64,000 bases of DNA, from positions 186,001 through 250,000 of IMG/VR virus record IMGVR_UViG_3300021057_000274; one strand, given 5' to 3'. A program made the translations under genes and the position numbers. This document shows, piece after piece, positions 1 through 11,200 of the stretch. Position 1 is the stretch's first letter, and each line of letters begins with the position of its first letter. A model generated the notes under the pieces. It was not told where the DNA came from. It saw nothing but the letters and a program-made list of their open reading frames with translations, and searched no databases.

Positions 1-769
1 TAGTGCGTGGATGATCGTCATGAAACTTCTCTGGAAGGGGATTCAGCTCGATTTGCCCCTTGAGAATGTACTGAGCGAACAACTCATAGATAAACTCAAA
101 GTAAGTCACGAGGTTTTTCTTCCTCGCAGAGCGCATCGTCCCGAGATGATGCGCCAGGTGCTTGATGAGAGCGTTCATCGCGTCCTCCCAGACATGGTAA
201 TTGTTTAAGTGACTAGGATGGCCCGGATCTGCTTCCTCAACGTCATATCCAGTCTTGATGATTTCTAATAAGGACTTTTCTAATCTCGTGATGAAGCCTG
301 TGAGTGGACTGTGGCTCTTTGGCCCTCCAGTTAGAGCATGGGCAAACCGGTGAGCTAGCATCCAGGGTGTCAGGCTAACCAGCTTTTCGTCAGACAGATT
401 GTTCGTGATGATGACAGAGATGTTGCTCGAGTTGCTAGTTTTGCTCGCCCACTCAGCCGCGTTCTTTCCTAAATGCTCCTTGATCCATGACACTGGCTTG
501 CTTCCTACCTGAACGGGAGCAGATTCAATTCCATAATACATGATGGTACCCTTAGACGGTTTGCTACCGTCCGCTTTCCTTGAATCCGGGTCCCAAAAGT
601 AAAAATTGACGTCTACGGGTACCTTCTTAAAGAATTCACGATACTTTTCTTGATGTTCAGAGCTAGGAATTCTCTTAGAATCAGAGCTAGCGTAACCCTT
701 TCCTGAAAACCCATCAGCGACCTTAAGATCTGCGATGGGCGCTTCGACGAGAAGGTCCGTGAGTTTCAT
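1..769 (-). CDS. Hypothetical phage protein, runs off the left edge; MKLTDLLVEA N-terminus; zincin-like HRxxH motif
   Basis: Not in the ORF track. Hand translation from ATG at 769 (TGATG overlap with the upstream stop) stays open to position 1 and contains LTPWMLAHRFAHAL and GTMRSARKKNLVTYFEFIYELFAQY. Confidence 0.8.
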   Translation of the reverse strand, partial: MKLTDLLVEAPIADLKVADGFSGKGYASSDSKRIPSSEHQEKYREFFKKVPVDVNFYFWDPDSRKADGSKPSKGTIMYYGIESAPVQVGSKPVSWIKEHLGKNAAEWASKTSNSSNISVIITNNLSDEKLVSLTPWMLAHRFAHALTGGPKSHSPLTGFITRLEKSLLEIIKTGYDVEEADPGHPSHLNNYHVWEDAMNALIKHLAHHLGTMRSARKKNLVTYFEFIYELFAQYILKGQIELNPLPEKFHDDHPRT

Positions 770-2193
770 CAGCTCGGGATCGTGATCTGGAGGTTCTTCG
801 TCACGTTGAACTCGTGATAATTGAGCTTCGCTACGGCGATGATCGCGTGATCGTTGGGTGACGAAAAGACCTCCAAGCCGAGCACCGTAACGCGAGGATC
901 TCGATCAAAGACTTGCTGCAGGTCTTCTCGAATCACTGCTAGAGTCTGAGCGTCGATCGGCTCAAACATGCTGCTTGGAATTCGTGTGCCGAAGCTGTCA
1001 ACCATGCGAAGCCTCTCACCGCGCATCGTGAGGATCTCGTTGAGCAGATCCTCCTCGACGCACTTGACGTTGTAGATCTCGAAGGTACCTCCCTGCTCCT
1101 CGTAGTTGCGAGTTGTATGGCCCTTGTAGAACTTCGTGAAGGTACCGATGTTTCGAGGTGCCGGAAGGACGGGCTGATTGATGACGGCCACGAGAGGATC
1201 CGTGGTCGTCCCGATCGGAGCAAATTGAGGAGTAGCTCCACCGCGAATGATCGAGCCGATGATGATTGGGGTGCATGCGACCGTGCCGCTTGAGGCCGCG
1301 AGAGCGTTCGAGACGCCGAGCACGCTCGAGGGATTCTCGACGAGCGAGAAGCCAGCCGTCGTCGCCGTCGCGGTGAGCTGACCGTTGACGATCGCCATGC
1401 TTGTGATCGTCGCTGGAGCACCCATGCGAGCGATCGCTTCGGCGACGCCAGCAGCTGAAACGGTGACCTCGGCGAGCGCGTTCGACGAGCTAGCGACCGT
1501 CGCCGCCGCTGAGGCAGCAGCTATGGCTCCAGCGAGAGCGGTCGACGTTGCGCCAGCGGAGGTAGCAGCTATGGCTCCAGCGAGAGCGGTCGACGTTGCG
1601 CCAGCGGTCGCCGTCGCGGTCATTCCTGCCAAGCCAGTTACGGATGCGACGGCGGTCGAGCTGCCTGTGAGGTGAGCCGTCGCGTTGAGAACACCGTTAA
1701 CTGAGGCGGCACCTGTAGACGTCGCCGTCGCGGCCATGAGAGCGTTGACTTGCGCTTGTCCGGCGGCGGTCGCTTGCGCTCCAGAGAGCGACCCGGCGGT
1801 CGCAACTCCTGCGGCGGTGAACGTGGATCCTGCTAGAGCGCTGACGGTCGCAGAGGCCGAGGTAGAGGCCGTCATTCCTGCGAGAGCCGACGCGACAGCA
1901 GATCCCGCGGCGAGGAACGTAGCGCCAGCTAGCGCTGAGGTTGTAGCTACACCGTTGCCGTTCGTGAGGAGAGCCCCAGCGAGGGCTTGGACGATCGCTG
2001 ACCCGGTAGAGATCGAGAGAGATCCGGCGAGAGCCGCGGCTGTCGCGACCGCGGTGATCGTGCCGGTAGATCTAAACTCGGAAGCACCTACCGCTGAAAC
2101 GGCCGCGAGGCCGTTAGAGGTACCGACGCTGTCTAGGGAAGCTGTCGCGACGCCGTACGGTACGGCACCGTACGGAATGCCGGTGTAGGCCAT
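769..2193 (-). CDS. Ala/Thr/Gly-rich protein fused to a C-terminal gp25-like (baseplate wedge/sheath initiator) domain
   Basis: C-terminal ~125 aa has the gp25-family pattern (EDLLNEILTMRGERLRMVDSFGTRIP..FEP..DPRV); ~320-aa low-complexity N-terminus; late promoter upstream. Confidence 0.75.
   Translation of the reverse strand: MAYTGIPYGAVPYGVATASLDSVGTSNGLAAVSAVGASEFRSTGTITAVATAAALAGSLSISTGSAIVQALAGALLTNGNGVATTSALAGATFLAAGSAVASALAGMTASTSASATVSALAGSTFTAAGVATAGSLSGAQATAAGQAQVNALMAATATSTGAASVNGVLNATAHLTGSSTAVASVTGLAGMTATATAGATSTALAGAIAATSAGATSTALAGAIAAASAAATVASSSNALAEVTVSAAGVAEAIARMGAPATITSMAIVNGQLTATATTAGFSLVENPSSVLGVSNALAASSGTVACTPIIIGSIIRGGATPQFAPIGTTTDPLVAVINQPVLPAPRNIGTFTKFYKGHTTRNYEEQGGTFEIYNVKCVEEDLLNEILTMRGERLRMVDSFGTRIPSSMFEPIDAQTLAVIREDLQQVFDRDPRVTVLGLEVFSSPNDHAIIAVAKLNYHEFNVTKNLQITIPS
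1511..1607. repeat. 48-bp in-frame tandem duplication (16-aa unit AGATSTALAGAIAA..)
   Basis: gcagctatggctccagcgagagcggtcgacgttgcgccagcgg occurs twice with period 48. Confidence 0.9.
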
Positions 2194-2230
2194 CTATGCT
2201 CTCCCTGAGGGAGCCTCCAGTGCAAAGATG

Positions 2231-2236
2231 TATTTA
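2231..2236 (-). promoter_or_regulatory. T4-like late promoter (TAAATA)
   Basis: cATAAATA on the minus strand, intergenic, upstream of the gp25 fusion; the same motif recurs before most structural genes. Confidence 0.7.
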
Positions 2237-2270
2237 TGACCTAGGGCTTACTAGACGGGCCCTTCTTTTC

Positions 2271-2624
2271 TTACAAGGTTTGCACGTAGTCCTGGAGAAC
2301 CGTGAGAACCTCGGCCTCGACGCCGGCGAAGTAGTTGTTTAGAGTCGCGATCTCGAGCTTGTAATCTAGGTCCTTCTTCTGGATCTCCTCAGGATTCCAG
2401 TAGAAGAGCCGATCTGGATCGATCAGCTGCCCCTCAGCGTTGAACGCTGACGCGGGCGGCGCGCCGTTGACTTGATAGAGCTTTCCGTCATGCACGTAGA
2501 GGACGTAAGAGTACCTCTGATCTGGCTTGTGGCACGCCACGACGACGTCGCCCTCTAGGGGAGCTCCCAAAAAGGCCTCTAGATCAGCTCTAGAGGACCA
2601 TGCACCAAAGTATGAGTCCATCAC
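2271..2624 (-). CDS. Hypothetical protein
   Basis: 117-aa ORF coupled to the methyltransferase gene by an overlapping stop/start; normal composition. Confidence 0.7.
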   Translation of the reverse strand: MMDSYFGAWSSRADLEAFLGAPLEGDVVVACHKPDQRYSYVLYVHDGKLYQVNGAPPASAFNAEGQLIDPDRLFYWNPEEIQKKDLDYKLEIATLNNYFAGVEAEVLTVLQDYVQTL

Positions 2625-3253
2625 TTCTCCTTAAAGTTTTCGCTCATCCAGTCAGAGCCTCGTCCTGGCTTATGAACCTTGACGAAGACCTGGATCTCCT
2701 CGCTGATGTTGTTCAGCGTGTTGAGCTTCATGATGAGCTCTTGCTGTCCTAACATTCCCTGCTTCACCTGCTCTAGCCAGTGCGGCATGATCAACGGCTC
2801 AACTCCGTCTTGAGGGACCTCGAGATCAATCCCATGGATGAGACCCAACGGTGTCGTCGGTAGCCCACGATCGTGGTCCGAGATGTTTTGCCTCTGGTCG
2901 AAGAGCGTGAACGTGCGATGGGTCAGCAGCCTCTTGTGCGTCGGGTCCGAGACCGCGTTGTCGCAGTTCCAGTGAGGAAGCATGATCACCCACTCGGCGC
3001 CAGGAGCGCTGGCGCGGTACATCTCCTTGATGACCTCGATGAAGTGATTCGACGAGTCACCTAGATGCTCGAGGATGTGGAACGCTCGGATCTTCCTGAA
3101 GCGACTCGTCTCCCACGGCCACGGCGTCTTCTCGAGATCGACGACCTCGTCAGGCCTGAATCGCGGCTCGATGTCGACGTTCAAGTAACCTGGCTGCTTG
3201 TTGAAGCCACAGCCGAGGTTGAGCTTGTCGTAAGCTTCTACCTCCCTGATCAC
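2621..3253 (-). CDS. Class I SAM-dependent methyltransferase (Methyltransf_11-like)
   Basis: KLNLGCG motif I, LNVDI, VVDLE..PWPW, HILEHL, DPTHKR. Confidence 0.85.
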   Translation of the reverse strand: MIREVEAYDKLNLGCGFNKQPGYLNVDIEPRFRPDEVVDLEKTPWPWETSRFRKIRAFHILEHLGDSSNHFIEVIKEMYRASAPGAEWVIMLPHWNCDNAVSDPTHKRLLTHRTFTLFDQRQNISDHDRGLPTTPLGLIHGIDLEVPQDGVEPLIMPHWLEQVKQGMLGQQELIMKLNTLNNISEEIQVFVKVHKPGRGSDWMSENFKEK

Positions 3254-5178
3254 GTCATCGTGCTCCAGAAGATCTGTCGGCTGTACTGGTCGGTCAAGTC
3301 AAGGCCGATCACCGCGACGGTGTTGATCTCGGCCTTCCGGATCGCGGGTTGATAGTCATGCTCCTCAAGGCCGATGAAGCTTCCGATGCGGTTAAGCTGC
3401 GTCTTCGGCGTGCCGCAGAGCTTCTGGTAATCGACGAAGAGCATGTTTGGCTTAAAGCCCTGAATCGTCGCGTCGAGGAGCATCGCGTGAGCTGCTCCCA
3501 TGCGCCCCTCCGGCTTCGCGTAGTGGTAGCATCGAGCGGCGATGCTGCCTCCTTCTCCGACCGCTCGGTCAGCTTCCTGGATCTTGAACGGATTGTCTCT
3601 GCGCTCGAGCTCTAGAGCCGAGAGAATCTCGGCCGGGTTGCGCACGGGGCAGATCACCTTGAAGTCATCTCCGAGCACTCGCTTGAGGACGTGGAGCTTC
3701 GACAGCCATCCCACGCTCTTCGTGACCACGACCGGGTGGTCAAAGCCGACGTAGTAGCTGTCGAGCAAGCCACGCAGAACCGACGCGCGTTGCTCGTAGC
3801 TCATCCTGACCTCAGATTCGGGCATGCCGTAGAGGAGGCTCGTGAAGAGCTGCTCGAGGCAAGAGAGGTCGTCGATGAGAACGTCTGGATGATCCATCAA
3901 TCCACGCATGATCAGGTTGGCGCCGCTCTTGGGGAGACCCGCGACGAAGACAAATTTTCGGCTTGGCTTCTTCGAGTTGCTCCTGTAGTCATCCCTCTCG
4001 AGATCGTTTTGCATCGTCAAGGCTCCGTCATTTGATTGCAAGGGCACGGCCGCCATCCGACCGCGCTCAGGCCTAACCTCTGCGGGGGCTTGGATGAAGG
4101 CGCCGTAGTGCCGCTCCTCCGCGTTATAGTCCACGTGCGTGCCTGCTAGCTGATATTTGGCTATCAGCTCGTCGTGAAGCTGGTTGAAGGTGTCCCCCCA
4201 CCTAGCGAACTCTTGTTGCCTGAAGACGCGCGCCGTCTTGTACCAGGGACTAGTCTGGCTTCCGTACGCCCAAGTGTGGTAGGGCAAGATCGGAACGATC
4301 ACCCACGTCTCCTTGCCCAGAGACGCTGAGACGTGCGCGATGCTCGTGCACGAGGTGATCACGAGGTCGAGGTTCATGATCGCCGCGGCGGTGTCCTCCC
4401 AGCTTAGCATGAGGTGCTGGAGATCGTTGATTCCCTCGGGGAGCTCACGCAGGTCATTGTCACGCTGCAAGCTGTAGACCTGAAGCTCAGGGTAGTTGAC
4501 GAGGTCGATCAGCGGCTCAGCGGGGAACTTTCGAAACTGCTGGTGCTCAAACTTTGGGTTGCCACTCCATCGGATGCCGACCTTGATCTTGTCTGAGGTG
4601 ATGAGGCTCTTCCAGATCTCCATCGACTCTGGCTTCGCGGTGAGGAAGGGCTCGTTCGGAAGGTTCTCGAAGGTGTGTCCGCAGACCCAACATGCTGAGA
4701 ACCCGGGCAGCCAAAAGTCATGCCTCGTCTCGCCTGTCTCCTCATGGCTGATCAGCTCGTCGATGAACGGAACTCGCTTGAGCAAACAATGGATCGACGG
4801 ATCTGCTGCGACGATCACCGTCGCGCCCATCTTCTTCAGCGACTCGGCGAAGCGCACCTGGATGATCTCGTCGCCGATCCCGCCCTCCAGGTTGAGAAGG
4901 ATGCGTTTTCCCTCGATCGGTTGAGACGGATGCCAGATCGACTTGGTCGTTCTGATCATCCCAGAACCGTAGACGTTGACGAATCGCCCTGATTCTAGAG
5001 CTTGAAAGCCCTCTTGAAAGCGTCCCTGGTTGAGGAGGAACCAACCGCGGTTAAAGGTGTGACGTACGTGGGTCGGGTCACTCTGGTCGAGCATGCGCTC
5101 GAGCTCTTCCGAGATCTCCCAAGCCTTGTCAAACTCACCGCGGATCATCAGGTTTAGCTGTTGATCTATCGGATGCAT
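3250..5178 (-). CDS. TPR + GT-B glycosyltransferase (GT9-like) + C-terminal sulfotransferase-fold fusion
   Basis: TPR-like FNRGWFLLNQGRFQEGF; EGGIGDEIIQVRF; WEDTAAAIMNLDLVITSCTSIAHVSASLG; then FVAGLPKSG (PAPS-loop-like) and CPVRNPAEILSA. Confidence 0.85.
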   Translation of the reverse strand: MHPIDQQLNLMIRGEFDKAWEISEELERMLDQSDPTHVRHTFNRGWFLLNQGRFQEGFQALESGRFVNVYGSGMIRTTKSIWHPSQPIEGKRILLNLEGGIGDEIIQVRFAESLKKMGATVIVAADPSIHCLLKRVPFIDELISHEETGETRHDFWLPGFSACWVCGHTFENLPNEPFLTAKPESMEIWKSLITSDKIKVGIRWSGNPKFEHQQFRKFPAEPLIDLVNYPELQVYSLQRDNDLRELPEGINDLQHLMLSWEDTAAAIMNLDLVITSCTSIAHVSASLGKETWVIVPILPYHTWAYGSQTSPWYKTARVFRQQEFARWGDTFNQLHDELIAKYQLAGTHVDYNAEERHYGAFIQAPAEVRPERGRMAAVPLQSNDGALTMQNDLERDDYRSNSKKPSRKFVFVAGLPKSGANLIMRGLMDHPDVLIDDLSCLEQLFTSLLYGMPESEVRMSYEQRASVLRGLLDSYYVGFDHPVVVTKSVGWLSKLHVLKRVLGDDFKVICPVRNPAEILSALELERRDNPFKIQEADRAVGEGGSIAARCYHYAKPEGRMGAAHAMLLDATIQGFKPNMLFVDYQKLCGTPKTQLNRIGSFIGLEEHDYQPAIRKAEINTVAVIGLDLTDQYSRQIFWSTMT

Positions 5179-5184
5179 CTTGAG

Positions 5185-5213
5185 ACTATAACCTCACGGA
5201 GCTATCAGGTAAA
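5185..5213 (-). promoter_or_regulatory. Sigma70-like promoter TTTACC-17-TATAGT, leaderless, driving the glycosyltransferase operon
   Basis: The -10 hexamer ends 6 nt before the ATG at 5178; 17-nt spacer counted. Confidence 0.6.
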
Positions 5214-8200
5214 TTTTAGCGGAAGATACGGTGGCCTAAACGAGGTAGAGTGGTAACGCGCTGCTCCCTTCGTGACGCGCACGCCGGCGAACGCGCCGTT
5301 GTGATGCGCGGAGGTGCCGTTGGCGGAGCCGCCGATGGTAAACACGGGGGTACTTGCGATGTTAGAAGTGTCGATTCCTTGGCCTCGTAGAACTCCGTCG
5401 ATCCAAACGCGTACTAGCCCGAGGTGACGTTGACATACGATGTGATACCACTTGTTAAGTGTCGGAGTGAAATCGTTGAAGATGATGACGCTGTTCGTTT
5501 GGTGCCAGAGGATCCAACCACCCGCTGGATCGTATCTCGTGAAGGCCCACCCGTTATTTGCGTTCCAATTATAGTTGCAAGCGCCGAAGATGTGCACGTC
5601 AGCGGTGGACGAGTAAGAGGCCCAGGACACGAAAGCTTCTGCCGTGTAAGAGCCGGTGCCGAAGTCAAAGTCCGCCGAGGTAGAAGCGACCTCTAAGCGA
5701 CTTGTCCCGTTTAGAACTACGCTCCTCGCCGCCCCCTCCGGCGGGCTAGCGTCGGACCACACGACGGTTCCAGTCGTCGACAGAGCGCGCGCGTGCCTCG
5801 ACTGGTCGATGAACGTTGATCCGGTGCCGTTCTCGTTCGCCATGATCAAGACGGTGCTGTCATATTGCGGGTCGAGCACAAAGGACTCACCTGGAATTCC
5901 AGTGATGCCGTATCCCGACAAGACCGTGCCGCCGATCTTCCCAAACTTGACGGTCGTGATCGCGGTCGGCGTTGATCTGGTCGTGACAGACCCGTCTCCC
6001 AATTGCCCCGACGAGTTGGACCCCCAACCGAAGAGCGCTCCGTCGGCTCTCAGCGCGTGAGTCCAGTTCACTCCGGTCACGACGTCAACGAACTTCATGT
6101 TCTCGAGGCCGAGCGGCTGGACAGGGATGGGGTTGAACGACAGCGAGGATCCGTTACCGATCTGCGCGCTAGCGTTGTCACCCCACGCGAAGAGCTTTCC
6201 GTCTGAGCGCTTCGCGTACGTCGTCGAGTGGAGAGTCGCGATCGCGACCCAAGATGAAGTTCCGATCTGGATCGGTGATGAGCGATTGGTGAGGGTAGCG
6301 TCGCCTAGTTGATACAGAGAGTTCAATCCCCAGGCGAAGAGCGCTCCGTCAGAGCGGATCGCTACCGTATGTGACGTCGCGGCCGAAACTGCTGTCCACG
6401 ACGATGAACCGATCAACACCGGAGAGGAGCGCGAGGTCGTTGACCCGTCACCGAGCTGCCCGGATCCGTTAACCCCCCACGCGAAGAGAGCGCCGTCGAT
6501 GCGAATCGCCATGGAGGTGGTTGAGCCAGCACATACAGCCGTCCACGACGAAGTACCGATCTGGATCGGAGACGACTTAGGAGTGGTAGTGTTGTCACCG
6601 AGCTGCCCGCTTCCGTTACCGCCCCACGTGAAGAGCGCGCCGTCAGAGCGGATCGCTAGAACGTGCGACGTGCCGCCGCTGACGGCGGTCCACGACGAGG
6701 TGCCGACCTGCACAGGAGACGAGAAAGATGTAGTGCTTCCAAGGCCCAACCGTCCATCGTTTCCGATTCCCCACGAGAATAATCCGCCATCGGTGCGGAT
6801 CGCGTACGACGAGCCGCCGAAGCCAGACTCACCACCGTTTGAGATCGCGGTCCACGACGACGCACCGATCTGTACGGGAGAGGATCTAGCTCCAAGAGTT
6901 CCCTGGCCAAGTTGCCCCCAAGTGTCGATCCCCCACGCGAAGAGCAGACCGTCGTCGCGGATCGCTGTCATGTGATCATATCCAGCCGCGATCGCGATCC
7001 AAGAGCGCTCATCTAGCTTCGTTGGGAAGACGTACGATAAGCCGACCGTGGCACCCACAGACTTGTGGTCGCCGATGTGTCCAGAGGTGTTGTACCCCCA
7101 GAGGAAGAGCTTTCTGTCACCGCGAATCGCGGCGGCGTGGCTGATCGATTTCGTAGCGGATGGGAGGGCGTGCCAGCTCTCCGTACCAACCTGGATCGGT
7201 GAGCTAACGCGATGTGTCAAGACGCCGAGCTGGAAGCTCGCGTTACTCCCCCACACGAAGAGTGCGCCGTCAGAGCGGACCGCGGCGGTGTGGGAGCCGG
7301 TCGAGACCGCTGCCCAAGAGTTAACTCCCACTTGCACTGGGGATGACTCGTGTGAGTACTCGCTTGACTTACCGAGCTGCCCGAAGGAGTTGTCACCCCA
7401 AGTGAAGAGCGCGCCGTCAGAGCGGATCGCCGCCATGTTAGAGGCGTAGCTCCCAGAGATCATGACCCAGCTGCTCTTCGTCACTGGATCCCCGCTCGGC
7501 ACCAGGACCGGGGAAGACATGGTTGCGCTAGAGAGGGTGCCGAGCATGCCGCTAAGGTCGACGCCCCACGTGAAGAGCGCGCCGTCAGAGCGAATCGCTG
7601 ACGGCGTCGAGGTAGACGAACCAGTACCGATGAACGTCCAAGAGCTTGTGCCGATCTGCACCGGTGATGACTTGATAAAGCCAGTGATGGTAGCACCATG
7701 CCCCAGCTGTCCGTTTTGTCCGTCGCCCCAGGTAAAGACCGCTCCGTCGGTGCGAATCGCGAGAGAGGTGTGCTTAGCAGCTCCGACCATCGTCCAACTT
7801 GAGGTACCGATCTGCACCGGCGATGACTTAGTTACGGTAGATAGGTCACCGAGTTGCCCGGTGCCGTTGTAACCCCACGCGAAGAGAGCCCCGTCGGAGC
7901 GGATCGCGAGAGAGTGGTCGCTCCCCCCAGCGATCGCCGTCCAGGATGACGATCCGATAGGCACCGGTGAGGAGCGGTTCGTCGTCGACCCGTCACCTAA
8001 TTGTCCAGTTAAGTTGAGTCCCCACGTGAAGAGCGCGCCGTCAGAGCGGATCGCGATCGTGTGAGAACCTCCGCCAGAGATCGCTGTCCACGACGACGAA
8101 CCGATCTGTACCGGTGACGAGGTGTTGCTAGGAGACTCGTTTCCAAGTTGTCCCGCGTTATTCAACCCCCACGCGAAGAGCGCTCCGTCGGTTCGAATCG

Positions 8201-11200
8201 CGAGAGAGTGAGTACCCCCAGCAGAAACCGCGGTCCAGCTTGAAGATCCCAGTTGAATCGGAGAGTTGATGTTTCCTGCCGAACCGTTCCCGATCTGGCC
8301 GTTCGACCCAGCTCCCCATGCAAAGAGGCCGCCATCGGTGCGGAGAGCGATCGCGTGGTTGGCGCCCTTCGAAACGGCCGTCCAAGAGCTAGATCCGCCG
8401 ATTAACACCGGAGACGACTTAGCGACCGAGGTGCCGTCACCCAGCTGGTTGATCGAGTTATTGCCCCAACCCCAGAGTGACCCGTCGCTCTTGATTCCTG
8501 TGGATGAATCCGCTCCAGTTGAGACCTTTGACCAGCTTCTAAATTGTCCGAGAACCGTTGGGAATGACTTGTTCACGCGGATCCACTGTCCGTGCACGCC
8601 CTGAGTGCTGTTACCCCAGGTCATGAGAGCACCGTCGCTCCTGATCGCGCCGATGACCCGATCTCCCGCGGACACCGCGACGAAGCTCGAGGGGGTACGC
8701 TGGTGATTGTTGCCGAGCTGCCCCTTGCCCTCCGCCCCCATCGCGAAGAGACGTCCGTCGGTGCGGATCATGTAGCGAACTGACTGGTTCGTGTCGGCGT
8801 CAAGGTTGCTAGATCCGACCGCCGTCCAGCTAGATGACCCGATCTGTGTCGGGACGCTGTAGTTGACTCCAGAGCTGTCGATGTTTTCGACGGTGGAGTT
8901 GAAACCCCAAGCGAACAGCGCCCCATCGGCTCTCCGCGCGATCGTACCCGGAGCGTACGTCGCGACCGCTGTCCAAGAGTGAGAGCCGCTCACTAGCACC
9001 GGGGACGAGACAGCGGCGTTTGAGTTATTGCCGAGCTGGCCGTTAGTTCCAAACCCCCACGCGAACATCGCGCCGTCCGTGCGGATCGCGTGACCGTGGT
9101 CACCTGAGGTCGCCACGGCGGTCCAGCTTGAGGTTCCACCGATGAGGACCGGCGAGGACCTCGACGTGCTGCTGCTGTCTCCGAGCTGGCTGGAAAAGTT
9201 TGAGCCCCAGCCGTAGAGAGCGCCGTCTGAGCGGATCGCGTACGTCATTCCCTGGTTCGAGATCGTTGACGCTGCGACCGCGGTCCATGATGACGTGCCC
9301 ACCTGGGTCAAGAGCTTAGAATAGATGTTCGGAAAGTCAGAGAGACCTAGAGATGAGGGGCCGCCTCCCCACACGAAGATCGCGCCGTCGGTGCGGATCG
9401 CGGCCGTAGAGATGTCGAGCGCGGCGACGGCTGTCCAGGAGGAGGAGCCGATCTGCACGGGTGACGACTTGCTCACCGTCGTGCCGTCACCGAGGCGGCC
9501 GGTAGACCCGACGCCCCACGTGAAGAGCGCCCCGTCGGATCGGAGCGCGGCGGTGTGAAAGTTTCCGGTCGTGACGGCCGTCCAGCTCGAGGTGCCGATG
9601 CTCACGGGGCTCTGTTGAGTGACGATCGTGCCGTCACCTAGCTGACCGCTTCCGTTGTTCCCCCACGCGAAGAGCCGTCCGTCTGAGCGGATGCCCATCG
9701 CGTGCGACGGACCAGCCGCGAGAGCCGTCCACGACGAGGTGCCGACTTGCATCGGTGATAAAACGGTGCCAGGAGTGCCAGCTCCGAGCTGTCCTGAGTC
9801 GTTTGATCCCCAGCCGAAGAGAGCTCCCCCGAACCGGATTCCGTGACCCGTGGTGTATCCGATGCCGAGCGCCGTCCACGACGACGAGCCGATCTGCACG
9901 GGGGAAGACTTGTTAACTTGGGTGCCGTCGCCGAGCTGTCCGACTGAGTTATTCCCCCAGCCGAACAACGCTCCGTCGGAGCGAATTCCGATCGCGAACG
10001 GTGTAGAGGCGTGGAGACAGGTTGTTCTGATCGCGGTCCACGACGACGAGCCGATCGATACTGGCGAGGACCGGTTCGTCGTCGTACCGTCACCGACGGC
10101 GCCGCTTCCGTTGTAACCCCAGCAAAAGAGGGCGCCGTCGGTACGGATCGCGCCGACGGTGCCCATGTTGCCGCCGAAGCCAGAAGAGACAAATGTCCAA
10201 GACGACGTACCGACTTGAACTGGTGATGACCTCGCCCCGTTGGAGTCACCTAACTCCCCGCCGTCACCTGTCCCCCAGGTGAAGAGCCCGCCGTCTGTTC
10301 GGATCGCGAGAGTGTAGTATCCTCCGCACGCGACCATCGTCCACGAGGAGGTGCCGATCTGTACTGGCGAGAGCACGTTTCCAGAAGACGATCCGTTCCC
10401 CAAGCGACCTCGGTTAGCTGTCCCCCAAGTAAAGAGCGCTCCGTCGGAGCGGATCGCGGCGCTGTGAGCGTCACCGTTTGCGGTGTTTCCTCCGCCAGAG
10501 ATCGCCGTCCACGAGGAGGTGCCGATCTGGACGGGTGATGACCTGTTGGTTTGTGAACCGTCGCCAAGCTGTCCAGTGCTGTTCCACCCCCACGTGAAGA
10601 GGGCACCGTCGGAGCGAATCGCGACCATGTGCGAGCTACCTGCAGAGACCGCCGTCCACGATGACGTGCCGATCTGCACGGGTGACTGCTTGAAAGCGCT
10701 CGTCCCGTCACCTAACTGACCAACGTCATTGGTACCCCAGGTGAAGAGCGCGCCGTCAGACCTGATCGCACAGGTAAAGTTTCGTCCGCCGGCGATCGCC
10801 GTCCAGCTGCTTGCACCTACAGCGAGAGGCGACGTATGATAATTCGCGTTACCGATCTGCCCAAAGTCGTTATTTCCCCAACCGTAGAGGGCGCCGTCCG
10901 AGCGAATCGCGAGCGAGAACGAGGTGCCAGCTCTGACCGCGGTCCACGAGGAGACGCCGATCTGTACGGGGGAAGACTTGTTAACTTGCGTGCCGTCGCC
11001 GAGCTGACCGACGTTGTTCATTCCCCACGTGAAGAGCTTGCCGTCATTGCGGATCGCGAGGGTGTGGGCTAGTCCGAGTGAAACCGCGGTCCAGCTCGTG
11101 TCCCAACCTACCAGGGTTGGGGATGATTGATTCGTCGTCGCGTTGATTCCCAGCTGACCGTTTGCGTTGGCGCCCCACACGAAGAGCTTTCCGTTGGAGA

